From: Candidatus Dormiibacterota bacterium
GTDB lineage: Bacteria; Chloroflexota; Dormibacteria; Aeolococcales; Bog-877
Direction of reading: 5' to 3'
DNA length: 54,899 nucleotides
NCBI GenBank assembly: GCA_049583555.1
Contig: JBAUWA010000111.1
Coordinates: 1-54,899, forward strand
A program made the translations under genes and the position numbers. Below are positions 37,280 through 44,805 of this stretch, piece after piece. The notes under the pieces are model-generated. The model saw nothing but the letters and a program-made list of their open reading frames with translations. It did not search any database and was not told the origin of the DNA. The stretch's first letter is position 1. Each line of letters starts with the position of its first letter.

Positions 37280-37891
37280 TCAAGCTGCTGCTAGGGCCAA
37301 ACGCTCCGCAGTCTTGGCGCATTCGCTTTCGATCTTGTCGCTCCCGCGGAACCGTCTCGCTATCCGCGCTACCTCGCGTCCCAAGTTATCCAGTGATTCA
37401 CGCACCGCCGGGTCGGTGAGGTTTCCCTCGACGTCGAAGGCTTTGCTGGCTGGGCCCACGGTGACGACCAAGGGGACAGCGAAAGCCCGCAGGGCCCGCA
37501 CCGAGAACTCCATGGTGTTCACCGCCTGTAGACCGTGGACGCCCCCCGCAGTGGCGACCAGACCGATGACTTGATCAGACAGGAACGGCGGGTCGTTGTC
37601 ACTAAGGAGGTGCAGCCAGTCGAGGGCGTTCTTGAACGCCCCGCTGACCGTGCCCTGGTAGAGGGGACTGCTCCAGACCATCGCGTCGGCGGTGCTAGCC
37701 GCGTCCAGGAGGCGTCTGGCGTCTCCGGGGACCGAGGTCTCCGTCGGCACGTAGAGCGGAAGTTGCAACTCGCGAAGATCCAAGAGGTCGGTTTCAGCGC
37801 CGGACTCGCGGGCTCCCGCTAGCGCAGCCTGCAGGGCGGCGAGGCTGCGCGATGGCGCGGCCAGAGAGCCACCCAGACCGACAACCTTCAT
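37280..37891 (-). CDS. NAD(P)H-dependent FMN reductase family oxidoreductase
   Basis: MKVVGLGGSLAAPSRS..., SPLYQGTVSGAFKNALDWL are flavodoxin-like FMN-reductase motifs. Confidence 0.8.
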   Translation of the reverse strand: MKVVGLGGSLAAPSRSLAALQAALAGARESGAETDLLDLRELQLPLYVPTETSVPGDARRLLDAASTADAMVWSSPLYQGTVSGAFKNALDWLHLLSDNDPPFLSDQVIGLVATAGGVHGLQAVNTMEFSVRALRAFAVPLVVTVGPASKAFDVEGNLTDPAVRESLDNLGREVARIARRFRGSDKIESECAKTAERLALAAA

Positions 37892-38038
37892 CAGCCTCCC
37901 CTCACCCGTGGTGGACGAAAATTCTCAGCAGCCTAGGTGCCGCTATCGGCAGTTTACAAGGCGCCGCCGCAACACTCTCCGGTCTGGACTCGCGCCCTGG
38001 GTCACTGCGGTGACTCTCATGGTCGCTCCCATATCGTT

Positions 38039-38542
38039 ATGCCGTTCGGATCGATAACTGCCGGGGCGAGGAACTCTGGAGGATACAAAGTGCGCTGGAC
38101 GGGGCCAAACGGATACTGGGCAAGCGATGATCGCGAGTTGATCGACGTTGCATGGGTTCACGCATGGCTCAGCCGCGAGGCGTACTGGGCTCAGGGTCGA
38201 TCCTTTGAGTCGGTCGCCAAGTCGATCAAGCACTCATTGGTGGTGGGCCTCTACTCGAGGGACGGAGCCCAGGTCGGATTCGCTAGGTTCGTCACCGACT
38301 GCGCGACTTTTGGGTGGTTGTGCGACGTCTTCGTGGACTCCAAGCACTCTGGCTCAGGCCTAGGCACCTTCCTGGTGGAGACAGCCATCACCCACCCGGA
38401 GGTGGCCACCACTCGCCAGGTCCTCTCCGCCGTCCCCGGTCGCACCTTTTACGCCCGCCAGGGCTTTGCTCCGCTGGGCCGACCGGAGCGCTGGATGGAG
38501 CGACTGCCTGTCGCACCGATGACACCGTCGAAACCTGCATGA
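38039..38542 (+). CDS. GNAT-family N-acetyltransferase
   Basis: VGFARFVTDCATFGWLCDVFVDSKHSGSGLGTFLVE (motif A Q/RxxGxG/A-like). ATG 38039 is preferred over the 37937 ORF start. Confidence 0.7.
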   Translation: MPFGSITAGARNSGGYKVRWTGPNGYWASDDRELIDVAWVHAWLSREAYWAQGRSFESVAKSIKHSLVVGLYSRDGAQVGFARFVTDCATFGWLCDVFVDSKHSGSGLGTFLVETAITHPEVATTRQVLSAVPGRTFYARQGFAPLGRPERWMERLPVAPMTPSKPA

Positions 38543-38981
38543 CGCCGTTGATCACGTTCCACCAACGTTGGGTGGGCGGCTGCACAGCGTGGCACTGAGT
38601 GACCCTGGGGCCGCGGCGGCGAGCGAGCAGTCATCGAGGCGCACCACTGCCGATACCGAGCGCACCGGCACCGCCGGCGCCCCGACCGGAGCCTCAGCGA
38701 GGAATACCTCCCCGGGGAATGACGCCGCCGCCGCCCGCCGCGATCATGCTGGAGCGGGATCGCCCGGATATGGGCCGCGATGACGCCAATGTCCAGAAAC
38801 GCGCCGCTTTGAGGCCATCTAAGAGCTGCTGAGTCTTCCGCATCACTCGCGGTACCCCGAGGAAACGGACTATGACCGAGCACTCTTGGCTACCGCAGCC
38901 GCGACGCTACCGGAAGTGCGGCAGGTTGTGGTCGCGAGGAGGGCTTTTGCTTATAGTTGCGCCGTGCCGGACTATCGGCCG

Positions 38982-39479
38982 ATGGTGGTCCACCTCAGCA
39001 CGGAGCGGCTGCTGCTGCGGCCTTGGGCCGAGTCCGACGTCGACGAGTACCGAGCGCTAATTACGGAACGGGGGAACGGCGATCCAAGCGTCGCGAACAT
39101 CCGGGAACGCATCGCGACCCAGCTCGCTGCGACTGCACGGACCGGGCTCGCGTTGCTTCCCATCTGCCGCCGCCTCGAGGGCGACTTCATCGGATATTGC
39201 GGACTGTTCGTCCGCCGCACCTCTATCGACGAGCCTGAGATCGCGTACGAGCTATTGCAACGTGCCCAGGGACGCGGCTATGCGACTGAGGCGGCTCGTG
39301 CGGTGCTAGTCGCTGCAAGCGCGACTGGGCGGACGCGGCTCTGGGCAACGGTAGGCAGTTGGAACACGCCGTCGTTGCGCGTCCTCGAGAAGCTTGGGTT
39401 CGAACTCGATCGTGTCACGACGGAAGACGACGCAGGCGAGGTGGTTTGGCTTACGCGAGAGATAGGCCGCGCGCTGTAG
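38982..39479 (+). CDS. GNAT-family N-acetyltransferase (RimJ/RimL-like)
   Basis: LSTERLLLRPWAESDVDEY..., ...GRGYATEAARAVL.... ATG 38982 is preferred. Confidence 0.75.
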   Translation: MVVHLSTERLLLRPWAESDVDEYRALITERGNGDPSVANIRERIATQLAATARTGLALLPICRRLEGDFIGYCGLFVRRTSIDEPEIAYELLQRAQGRGYATEAARAVLVAASATGRTRLWATVGSWNTPSLRVLEKLGFELDRVTTEDDAGEVVWLTREIGRAL

Positions 39480-39559
39480 GGCCGAAGGCTGCCTCCAAGG
39501 CGGCCATCAGAGCAGCGGAGCCCGCTGGGGCTGGGGTCTAGCAGCTTCGGTCGCTGGGC

Positions 39560-40099
39560 TCAAGCGGATGGCGAGCGGCGTGGCACGCGGGGCCACCAGG
39601 CTGGCACTTGCTTGCAGTAGGCCTCGAACTCAGCCCCATAGCGCTTTCGCATCGTCCATTCCTCCCAAAAGCGGACGAAGGCGACCAGGAAAACGATGAG
39701 CGCGACCAGATAGATGAACAGCACTGGCCTTCCCAGGAAAAGCGCCTCACCTACGATTGCGAAGATGAAGCCCACGTATAGAGGGTTGCGGACGTACCTG
39801 TAGGGTCCACCTACCATCACATTCCTTGAAGTCGGCGGGTAGGTGGGAAACGGTGTCCCTCTCCCCTCGGTGACAAAGTTCACAAACGTCCAAATCGTCA
39901 CAATCCCGCCTGCCACGATCGAGACGAGGCCGATGGCCCTCACCGCCGAGGGATACGGTGCACCGGGCTGCCAGTGGGTGATGAGCCAGGGGATCAGCAC
40001 GGGGATCACCCCAGGACCGAGCGGGAAGGCCAACGCTGTGCCTATCGCGGCGTTCAGTGTGGACACCGGATTGCTCTGCGCCGATCCCTGATTGCCCAC
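39560..40099 (-). CDS. isoprenylcysteine carboxyl methyltransferase (ICMT)/phospholipid methyltransferase family membrane protein
   Basis: GPYRYVRNPLYVGFIFAIVGEALFLG signature, 4-5 TM spans, GTG start. Confidence 0.8.
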   Translation of the reverse strand: MGNQGSAQSNPVSTLNAAIGTALAFPLGPGVIPVLIPWLITHWQPGAPYPSAVRAIGLVSIVAGGIVTIWTFVNFVTEGRGTPFPTYPPTSRNVMVGGPYRYVRNPLYVGFIFAIVGEALFLGRPVLFIYLVALIVFLVAFVRFWEEWTMRKRYGAEFEAYCKQVPAWWPRVPRRSPSA

Positions 40100-40182
40100 C
40101 TCTGACCTCCTTGCATTCGCGACCGGGGTCGGAGTCTAGTCTGGTCGCGCACTCCGTCGCTCAAGCTCCGTAGGGGTGAGCT

Positions 40183-40315
40183 TCAGGCTCGCCGGAGGGC
40201 CTCGTCCATCGTCCGAGCTCGGGGATGACGTGGCTGTAGGTGTTGAGGGTCATCGAGATCTGGCTGTGGCCGAGGATTTCCATGACCACCCGCGCCGGCA
40301 CTCCCTGAGCCAGTG
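40183..40315 (-). pseudogene. tyrosine-recombinase (phage integrase) 3'-end remnant, frameshifted
   Basis: The minus strand reads LAQGVPARVVMEILGHSQISMTLNTYSHVIPELG, then shifts frame to ..MDEALRRA*. There is no upstream catalytic core. Shares a 25-nt exact match with 44295-44319. Confidence 0.7.
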
Positions 40316-40474
40316 GCAGTCGGGATCGAGCGGCACAAGATCGATATCGTGATGGCCTTTAGCAGGCGAGAGGGCATTCAGCTCCTCTGCCCAACCTCCG
40401 AAGACAACCACGGCGAAGCCAGCGCCTTCTACCTGCTTGACTACCCCTCGGAGAAGCCGAAGACTGTTGGCCAC
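40316..40474 (-). pseudogene. 5' fragment of a nucleotidyltransferase-fold gene, truncated at the integrase stub
   Basis: From GTG 40474: ANSLRLLRGVVKQVEGAGFAVVVFGGWAEELNALSPAKGHHDIDLVPLDPD (GG[WS]...hDxD pattern). The reading frame then runs into the integrase remnant. Confidence 0.4.
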
Positions 40475-40567
40475 CGTGCCGATTCTGGGCTCCCTGCGCC
40501 CGCGGTCGCCAACGCTTACCACCGAACCCCGCCGGGCGCTCAGTCGAGCTGACGTAGCCTTCCTTCG

Positions 40568-41059
40568 ATGGCAAAGGTGTTGGTCACCGGGATGTCCGGA
40601 ACAGGCAAGTCCACGGCCTTGGAGGTCCTGAGATCTCTGGGCCATCGAACCGTTGATACCGACAGCGACGAGTGGAGTCGCTGGGTCACACTCTCCGACG
40701 GATCGCGGGACTGGATATGGCGGGAAGACTCGATGGCTGCACTGCTCGCCGGACACAGCCAAGGCAGCCTCTTCGTAGCCGGCTGTAAGAGCAACCAAGG
40801 CGAGTTCTACTCTGCGTTCGACCACATCGTGCTGCTCAGCGCTCCGGTCGAGGTGCTCCTCGCCAGGATCGAGGCACGTACCAGCAACCCATATGGGAAG
40901 AGCCCGGCCGAGCGGGAGCGGATCCTGCAACACCTAGCACTCATCGAGCCCCAGCTCAGGGCGACCGCTACAGTCGAGATCGACGCCTCGGCCCCGATCT
41001 CTGAAGTAGTTCGCCAGCTTGAACAACTTGCGTCGGCCAACCAAATCCGGGGCTCGTAG
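40568..41059 (+). CDS. small P-loop kinase-like AAA ATPase
   Basis: MAKVLVTGMSGTGKSTALEVL Walker A. 163 aa, adenylate/shikimate-kinase-like size. Confidence 0.7.
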   Translation: MAKVLVTGMSGTGKSTALEVLRSLGHRTVDTDSDEWSRWVTLSDGSRDWIWREDSMAALLAGHSQGSLFVAGCKSNQGEFYSAFDHIVLLSAPVEVLLARIEARTSNPYGKSPAERERILQHLALIEPQLRATATVEIDASAPISEVVRQLEQLASANQIRGS

Positions 41060-41078
41060 TCGCCGCTCTCGGTCGGCG

Positions 41079-41144
41079 TTAGACCTCGACCTTGCCTCCG
41101 GGCAGCGCCATCTTCCGGGCGACCGCTTGCTGGACCTGCCGCGT
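41079..41144 (-). repeat. truncated second copy of the 3' end of the HTH gene at 43333-43614
   Basis: 57/66 nt identical to 43333-43398 by manual alignment. Encodes TRQVQQAVARKMALPGGKVEV*, preceded by an in-frame TAG. Confidence 0.75.
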
Positions 41145-41195
41145 CTAGTAGTTGAGCGCCGCTGAGGACAGCCCCCAAAAGGCGATCCGGGGCAT

Positions 41196-42761
41196 TTACT
41201 GGCCGCCAAGGGAGTACGCGATGATCTCGCCGTGAGGTTTTTTCTTAGACGTCTGCGCACCTGCACCGATGATAAGCATGTTCTGAGTCACGGCTGGGAA
41301 GGAATTGATCCCCGCCGGCGTCTTCGTTGACCAGAGAATCGCCCCGCTCGTTGTCGAGAGCGCGTAGATCGTACCGAAGAAATCGGAAGTGAACAAGACA
41401 TTGTTGGCGATTGTCGCCCCGCCAGAGTCAAAGCTCTTGAAAGGCTGCGTCCACTCGATTGCGCCGTCGACCGCATTGACGGCAGCGACTCCGCCGGTTT
41501 CCGATTTGCTTGCTCCGGTTGGACCTGTCGCTTTTCCCTTGAAGCACCAGTCGATCCAGGGCACGTAGAGCGTGCTGCCGGTCTCGGCCATTGGAGTCAG
41601 GACTCCGCCCAGTGACCCCGGACAGTAAGTAACAGGCTTGGCCGGGAAGTTCCCGTATTCGTTTTGGTTGTGCTTCCCGATATTGAGCGTCCAGATCCGG
41701 GCGCCGGTTTCGGCGTTGAAGGCAATGACCTTGCCTGACTTTCCGGCACCGGTCACAACTTCGGTCTCGACGCCGTCGATGTCCTGGGTGGTGATGATCG
41801 GGGGGTCTTGGAAGTCGTAGTCTCGGATGTCGTGCGGCGTCACCTGCTGGTACCAGAGCAGCTTGCCGGTGTTGCCATTCAACGCTAGGAGCGAGTCGGT
41901 GTAGAGGTTGGGTCCAGGGCGGCTCTTGGCGTTGGGATCTGACTTTGTGGGGTAGACGGGAGACGGGTTCCCTGTTCCTAGGAAGACTCGTCCGCTGCTG
42001 TCAACCGCCGCCGGGTACCAGACCCCTCCTCCGCCGTTGACTTTCGGATCGCCCCAGAGCTTGCTGCCATCCTGGATGGTCGAAAAGCTCCAGATGATGC
42101 TGCCCGTCTGCGCGCTGAGTGCGTAGATGATTCCGTAAGCGCCGCCGGTGTAGTACGACGTTGCGGTCCCGGGGATAGTGGAGATCAGGACCTTGCCGTC
42201 ATAGACCGTCGGGGCCATGTCGATGCCCTCACTGCTCCTGCTGATCAGCTTGCGGATCCAGACCTGCTTGCCGGTCATCGGATTGAGGGCGAACACTGAG
42301 CTTTCAGTAGCGCCAAAGAGCAGTCCGTAGCCGATGGCCACCCCATTTGGACCACCGGAAGGCGTCTCCGAGTCGTACTTGTGCTCCCAGACCAATCTCC
42401 CGCTGTTCTCGTTTAGGGCAAATACATCGGAATCAGTATTCTCGAAGTACACGTAGCCGTCCACCACGATCGGATTCGAAGCGAACGCACCGAATTCACC
42501 GTCATAGGTGAGCTTGAAAGTCCACTTCTGCTTGAGCGTCGCAACGTTGGTGGCGTTGATGTCGGTTGAGAGGTCCGCGCGAGAATTGGAGAGGTCGTAG
42601 TTGTGCGCAGGCCAGCCGGTGGCGGCGTTCGCGGCTACCTCCGGCGGCGCCAAGGGGGTCGGCGACGGACTCGCATTGGCAGCGCCGGACAAGAAGACAG
42701 CAGCACCCAGCACTAGGCCCATGGGACCAAGGTGCTGCAGGCTCCAGGCTCGACTTCGCAT
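41196..42761 (-). CDS. secreted PQQ-like beta-propeller protein (quinoprotein dehydrogenase family-like)
   Basis: Signal peptide MRSRAWSLQHLGPMGLVLGAAVFLSGAANA. N-terminus WPAHNYDLSNSRADLSTDINATNVATLKQKW...PIVVDGYVYFENTDSDVFALNENSGRLVW resembles the start of PQQ dehydrogenases. Repeated propeller blades follow. Visibly more A/T than flanking genes. Confidence 0.7.
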   Translation of the reverse strand: MRSRAWSLQHLGPMGLVLGAAVFLSGAANASPSPTPLAPPEVAANAATGWPAHNYDLSNSRADLSTDINATNVATLKQKWTFKLTYDGEFGAFASNPIVVDGYVYFENTDSDVFALNENSGRLVWEHKYDSETPSGGPNGVAIGYGLLFGATESSVFALNPMTGKQVWIRKLISRSSEGIDMAPTVYDGKVLISTIPGTATSYYTGGAYGIIYALSAQTGSIIWSFSTIQDGSKLWGDPKVNGGGGVWYPAAVDSSGRVFLGTGNPSPVYPTKSDPNAKSRPGPNLYTDSLLALNGNTGKLLWYQQVTPHDIRDYDFQDPPIITTQDIDGVETEVVTGAGKSGKVIAFNAETGARIWTLNIGKHNQNEYGNFPAKPVTYCPGSLGGVLTPMAETGSTLYVPWIDWCFKGKATGPTGASKSETGGVAAVNAVDGAIEWTQPFKSFDSGGATIANNVLFTSDFFGTIYALSTTSGAILWSTKTPAGINSFPAVTQNMLIIGAGAQTSKKKPHGEIIAYSLGGQ

Positions 42762-42806
42762 GGGTCCAAATCTTAATAGCTGTGATCTGGATGGGTCGCC
42801 CATCTA

Positions 42807-43310
42807 CTAGCGGCCGGTCGTCTGGGGTGCGCTCCCGTCCTTCGCCCTCGCTCCTGCAAGCCAGATTCGTAGCCTCGCCAGTTGTTCGTCGTGGCGCGCC
42901 TTGATCAGGGTGCTGCGTGGGTTAACCGGCGAGCCTGAGTACCGTTCGGTCGCCGCGATCACCACGGAGGATCCATCCGTCAGAAGAACGTGGATGGCTC
43001 GCCCCTGATACTCGAATCGAGCCGGAGCGAGCCGGAAGTCTGCTACCGATTCGCTGGGGATCGTTCGCTTCGAGAAGAAATTGCGCACGATGAGCGCGCC
43101 TCTTGTGCTTCGGACCCCGACCCTGCTCCAGCGCCAGGCCATCGCCGTGAAGAGCCCCGCGGCGACCACAGAGATCAGCAGTTCCGCGAGAGCGCCATGC
43201 GTGGCGGCCTCGATCGCGGAGAAGACCGCCCCGAGTGCGAGGACGGAAAACCATCCGACGGAGAAGGTCCGAAAGGGCTGAGGGATCCGGAAGTCGATTT
43301 CAGCGTCCAA
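42807..43310 (-). CDS. membrane protein with bacterial PH-like domain
   Basis: Two TM spans, then GVRSTRGALIVRNFFSKRTIPSESVADFRL (bPH-like). The start is uncertain. The longest ORF (TTG 43376) overlaps the upstream gene tail, so TTG 43310 was chosen. Confidence 0.5.
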   Translation of the reverse strand: MDAEIDFRIPQPFRTFSVGWFSVLALGAVFSAIEAATHGALAELLISVVAAGLFTAMAWRWSRVGVRSTRGALIVRNFFSKRTIPSESVADFRLAPARFEYQGRAIHVLLTDGSSVVIAATERYSGSPVNPRSTLIKARHDEQLARLRIWLAGARAKDGSAPQTTGR

Positions 43311-43332
43311 GGCTGTGAATGGTAGGAGGACG

Positions 43333-43614
43333 CTAGACCTCAACCTTGCCCCCGGGTAGCGCCATCTTCCGGGCAATCGCTTGCTGAACTTGTCGCGTGT
43401 ACAACTCCAGCAGCTGGTTCCTCCTATCGAACCGCACCAGCTCGTAGGCGGCCCCCACTATGGTCCAGTTCAGGTGCCGTAGTTGTCGCCTCACCTTCAC
43501 GACCTCCTCGACGCTGATCCCCAGGGCCAGCGCGATCTCCTGCTGCGTGGCACCTCGGCGACTGAGCAGCTCCAGGGGATGGAACGCGGTCTTCGGGGCT
43601 GGCCGGGGAGGCAT
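43333..43614 (-). CDS. small HTH protein of element origin (function unknown)
   Basis: From ATG 43614: ...LLSRRGATQQEIALALGISVEEVVKVRRQL... (HTH), ending TRQVQQAIARKMALPGGKVEV*. It could start further upstream, up to about 43734. Its tail is duplicated at 41079-41144. Confidence 0.45.
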   Translation of the reverse strand: MPPRPAPKTAFHPLELLSRRGATQQEIALALGISVEEVVKVRRQLRHLNWTIVGAAYELVRFDRRNQLLELYTRQVQQAIARKMALPGGKVEV

Positions 43615-43818
43615 GGGAGGCACATCGTATCGAACATTCGTTCCCTCTCGCGGTGTAGGAGGGGGCACCACCGCCAGCGGCTTGAGATCAGGCCGAGTGA
43701 AGAGCTCGGCGGCTACTACCGTGCCGTAGACGACGGCGCAGGCGGGACCGGCGCTCTGCGACCGAACATTCTGTAATGTTGGGCGAGTACCAATTGCAGA
43801 CCGGGGGAGGTAGCGAAA

Positions 43819-44208
43819 GTGGCACACCCGAATGTTGATCTGCTTCGTCGCACCGATGACGCCGTGGCGAAGGGTGATTTTGAGACCTACTTCGCTGGAT
43901 ACACCGATGACGTCGTTTTCCACATGGGAGGCGATAACAAGCTGACGGGTGACTACCGGGGGCTTGAGCAGGTCAAGCAGCTCCTGGTTCGGTTCATGGA
44001 GGCTGGCGGTGAGTTGGCCATCGACACCCACGCCTACCTCGCCGATGATGATCACGGGGCGGCGCTGGTGCGCTTGAACCTCAAGCGAGACGGCAAGACC
44101 TTCGCGACAAACGAGGCCTTCGTCTATCACTTCCGCGACGGGAAGATCTCCGAGGTTTGGTACCAGCCGTTCGATCAGGCGGGCGTGGACGCCTGGATGG
44201 GGAAGTAG
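43819..44208 (+). CDS. SnoaL-like / NTF2-fold protein
   Basis: 129 aa, GTG start. NVDLLRRTDDAVAKGDFETYFAGYTDDVVFHMGG...FRDGKISEVW is typical of the ketosteroid-isomerase-like fold. Confidence 0.7.
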   Translation: MAHPNVDLLRRTDDAVAKGDFETYFAGYTDDVVFHMGGDNKLTGDYRGLEQVKQLLVRFMEAGGELAIDTHAYLADDDHGAALVRLNLKRDGKTFATNEAFVYHFRDGKISEVWYQPFDQAGVDAWMGK

Positions 44209-44235
44209 CCGCGCCAGTAGTCCCCTGACTCCAGG

Positions 44236-44320
44236 TCAGGCGGAGTGGAGGGCGGCGTCCATCGCCTTAGCGGCGTCGCCCAGCAGAGCCTGGCGACGTG
44301 GCTGTAGGTGTTGAGGGTCC
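44236..44320 (-). pseudogene. second tyrosine-recombinase 3'-end remnant
   Basis: The minus strand reads TLNTYSHV.., then (shifted frame) ..ALLGDAAKAMDAALHSA*. A 25-nt exact match (gacgtggctgtaggtgttgagggtc) to 40227-40251. No upstream integrase body. Confidence 0.65.
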
Positions 44321-44687
44321 GCTTTGTACCTAGGAGGTAGGTGGTCGCAGACGGAGGAGTACCTTGCAGTGGTGCTAGCCAGACTCCGGACCGTGCCGGG
44401 ACTTCTGTTGCTGCTGGCGACCGCGGTGGTGGCTGTGTTGGTTGCCATCCTGCTGGTGGGAGTCAATCCGCTTCAGATAAAGTGCCTGAAGCGCATCGAC
44501 CACACGACGATTCGTGTGCTTGGTGTCTCAACGACTGCCCAAGTAGTTGTCCAGTGCCGGAGTGGTTTCAAACCCCCCGTGGTTCCCTGGCGAAGGCCGC
44601 CAACTGTGCCTATTTACTGTGCCTTAGCCGGTGCAACGTAGTGCAATTTAGGGACAGCCCGGGGGATCTGCTGAGATCAATCGCGGG

Positions 44688-44761
44688 TCGGCCCGGTGAG
44701 ATTTGAACTCACGACCTGGGCTTTATAAGAACCCCGCTCTAACCAGCTGAGCTACGGGCCG
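44688..44761 (-). tRNA. tRNA-Ile (anticodon TAT), no encoded CCA
   Basis: Clean 74-nt cloverleaf: acceptor CGGCCCG/CGGGCCG, D-arm GCTC-AGCTGGTTA-GAGC, anticodon stem GGGTT/AGCCC, loop C-T-TAT-A-A, variable arm AGGTC, T-arm GTGAG-TTCAAAT-CTCAC, A73. The downstream bases are CCC, not CCA. Confidence 0.8.
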
Positions 44762-44805
44762 TGCTGCGAAGGATAGTCGCTCCAGTCGGTCATCCCTAGA
44801 AGGGC

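Noticed and set aside
40227-40251. The 25-nt exact repeat (also at 44295-44319) as possible attL/attR core sites of an intact element.
   Set aside because: The repeat lies inside the conserved TLNTYSHV coding motif of two integrase gene remnants. It reflects homologous gene tails rather than attachment sites. No copy of the tRNA-Ile 3' end was seen at the distal border.
40250-40933. The 227-aa minus-strand ORF as one gene.
   Set aside because: It is a chimera. Its 5' half is antisense to the P-loop kinase gene (40568-41059), its middle holds a nucleotidyltransferase N-terminal fragment, and its 3' end reads through an integrase remnant in the wrong frame.
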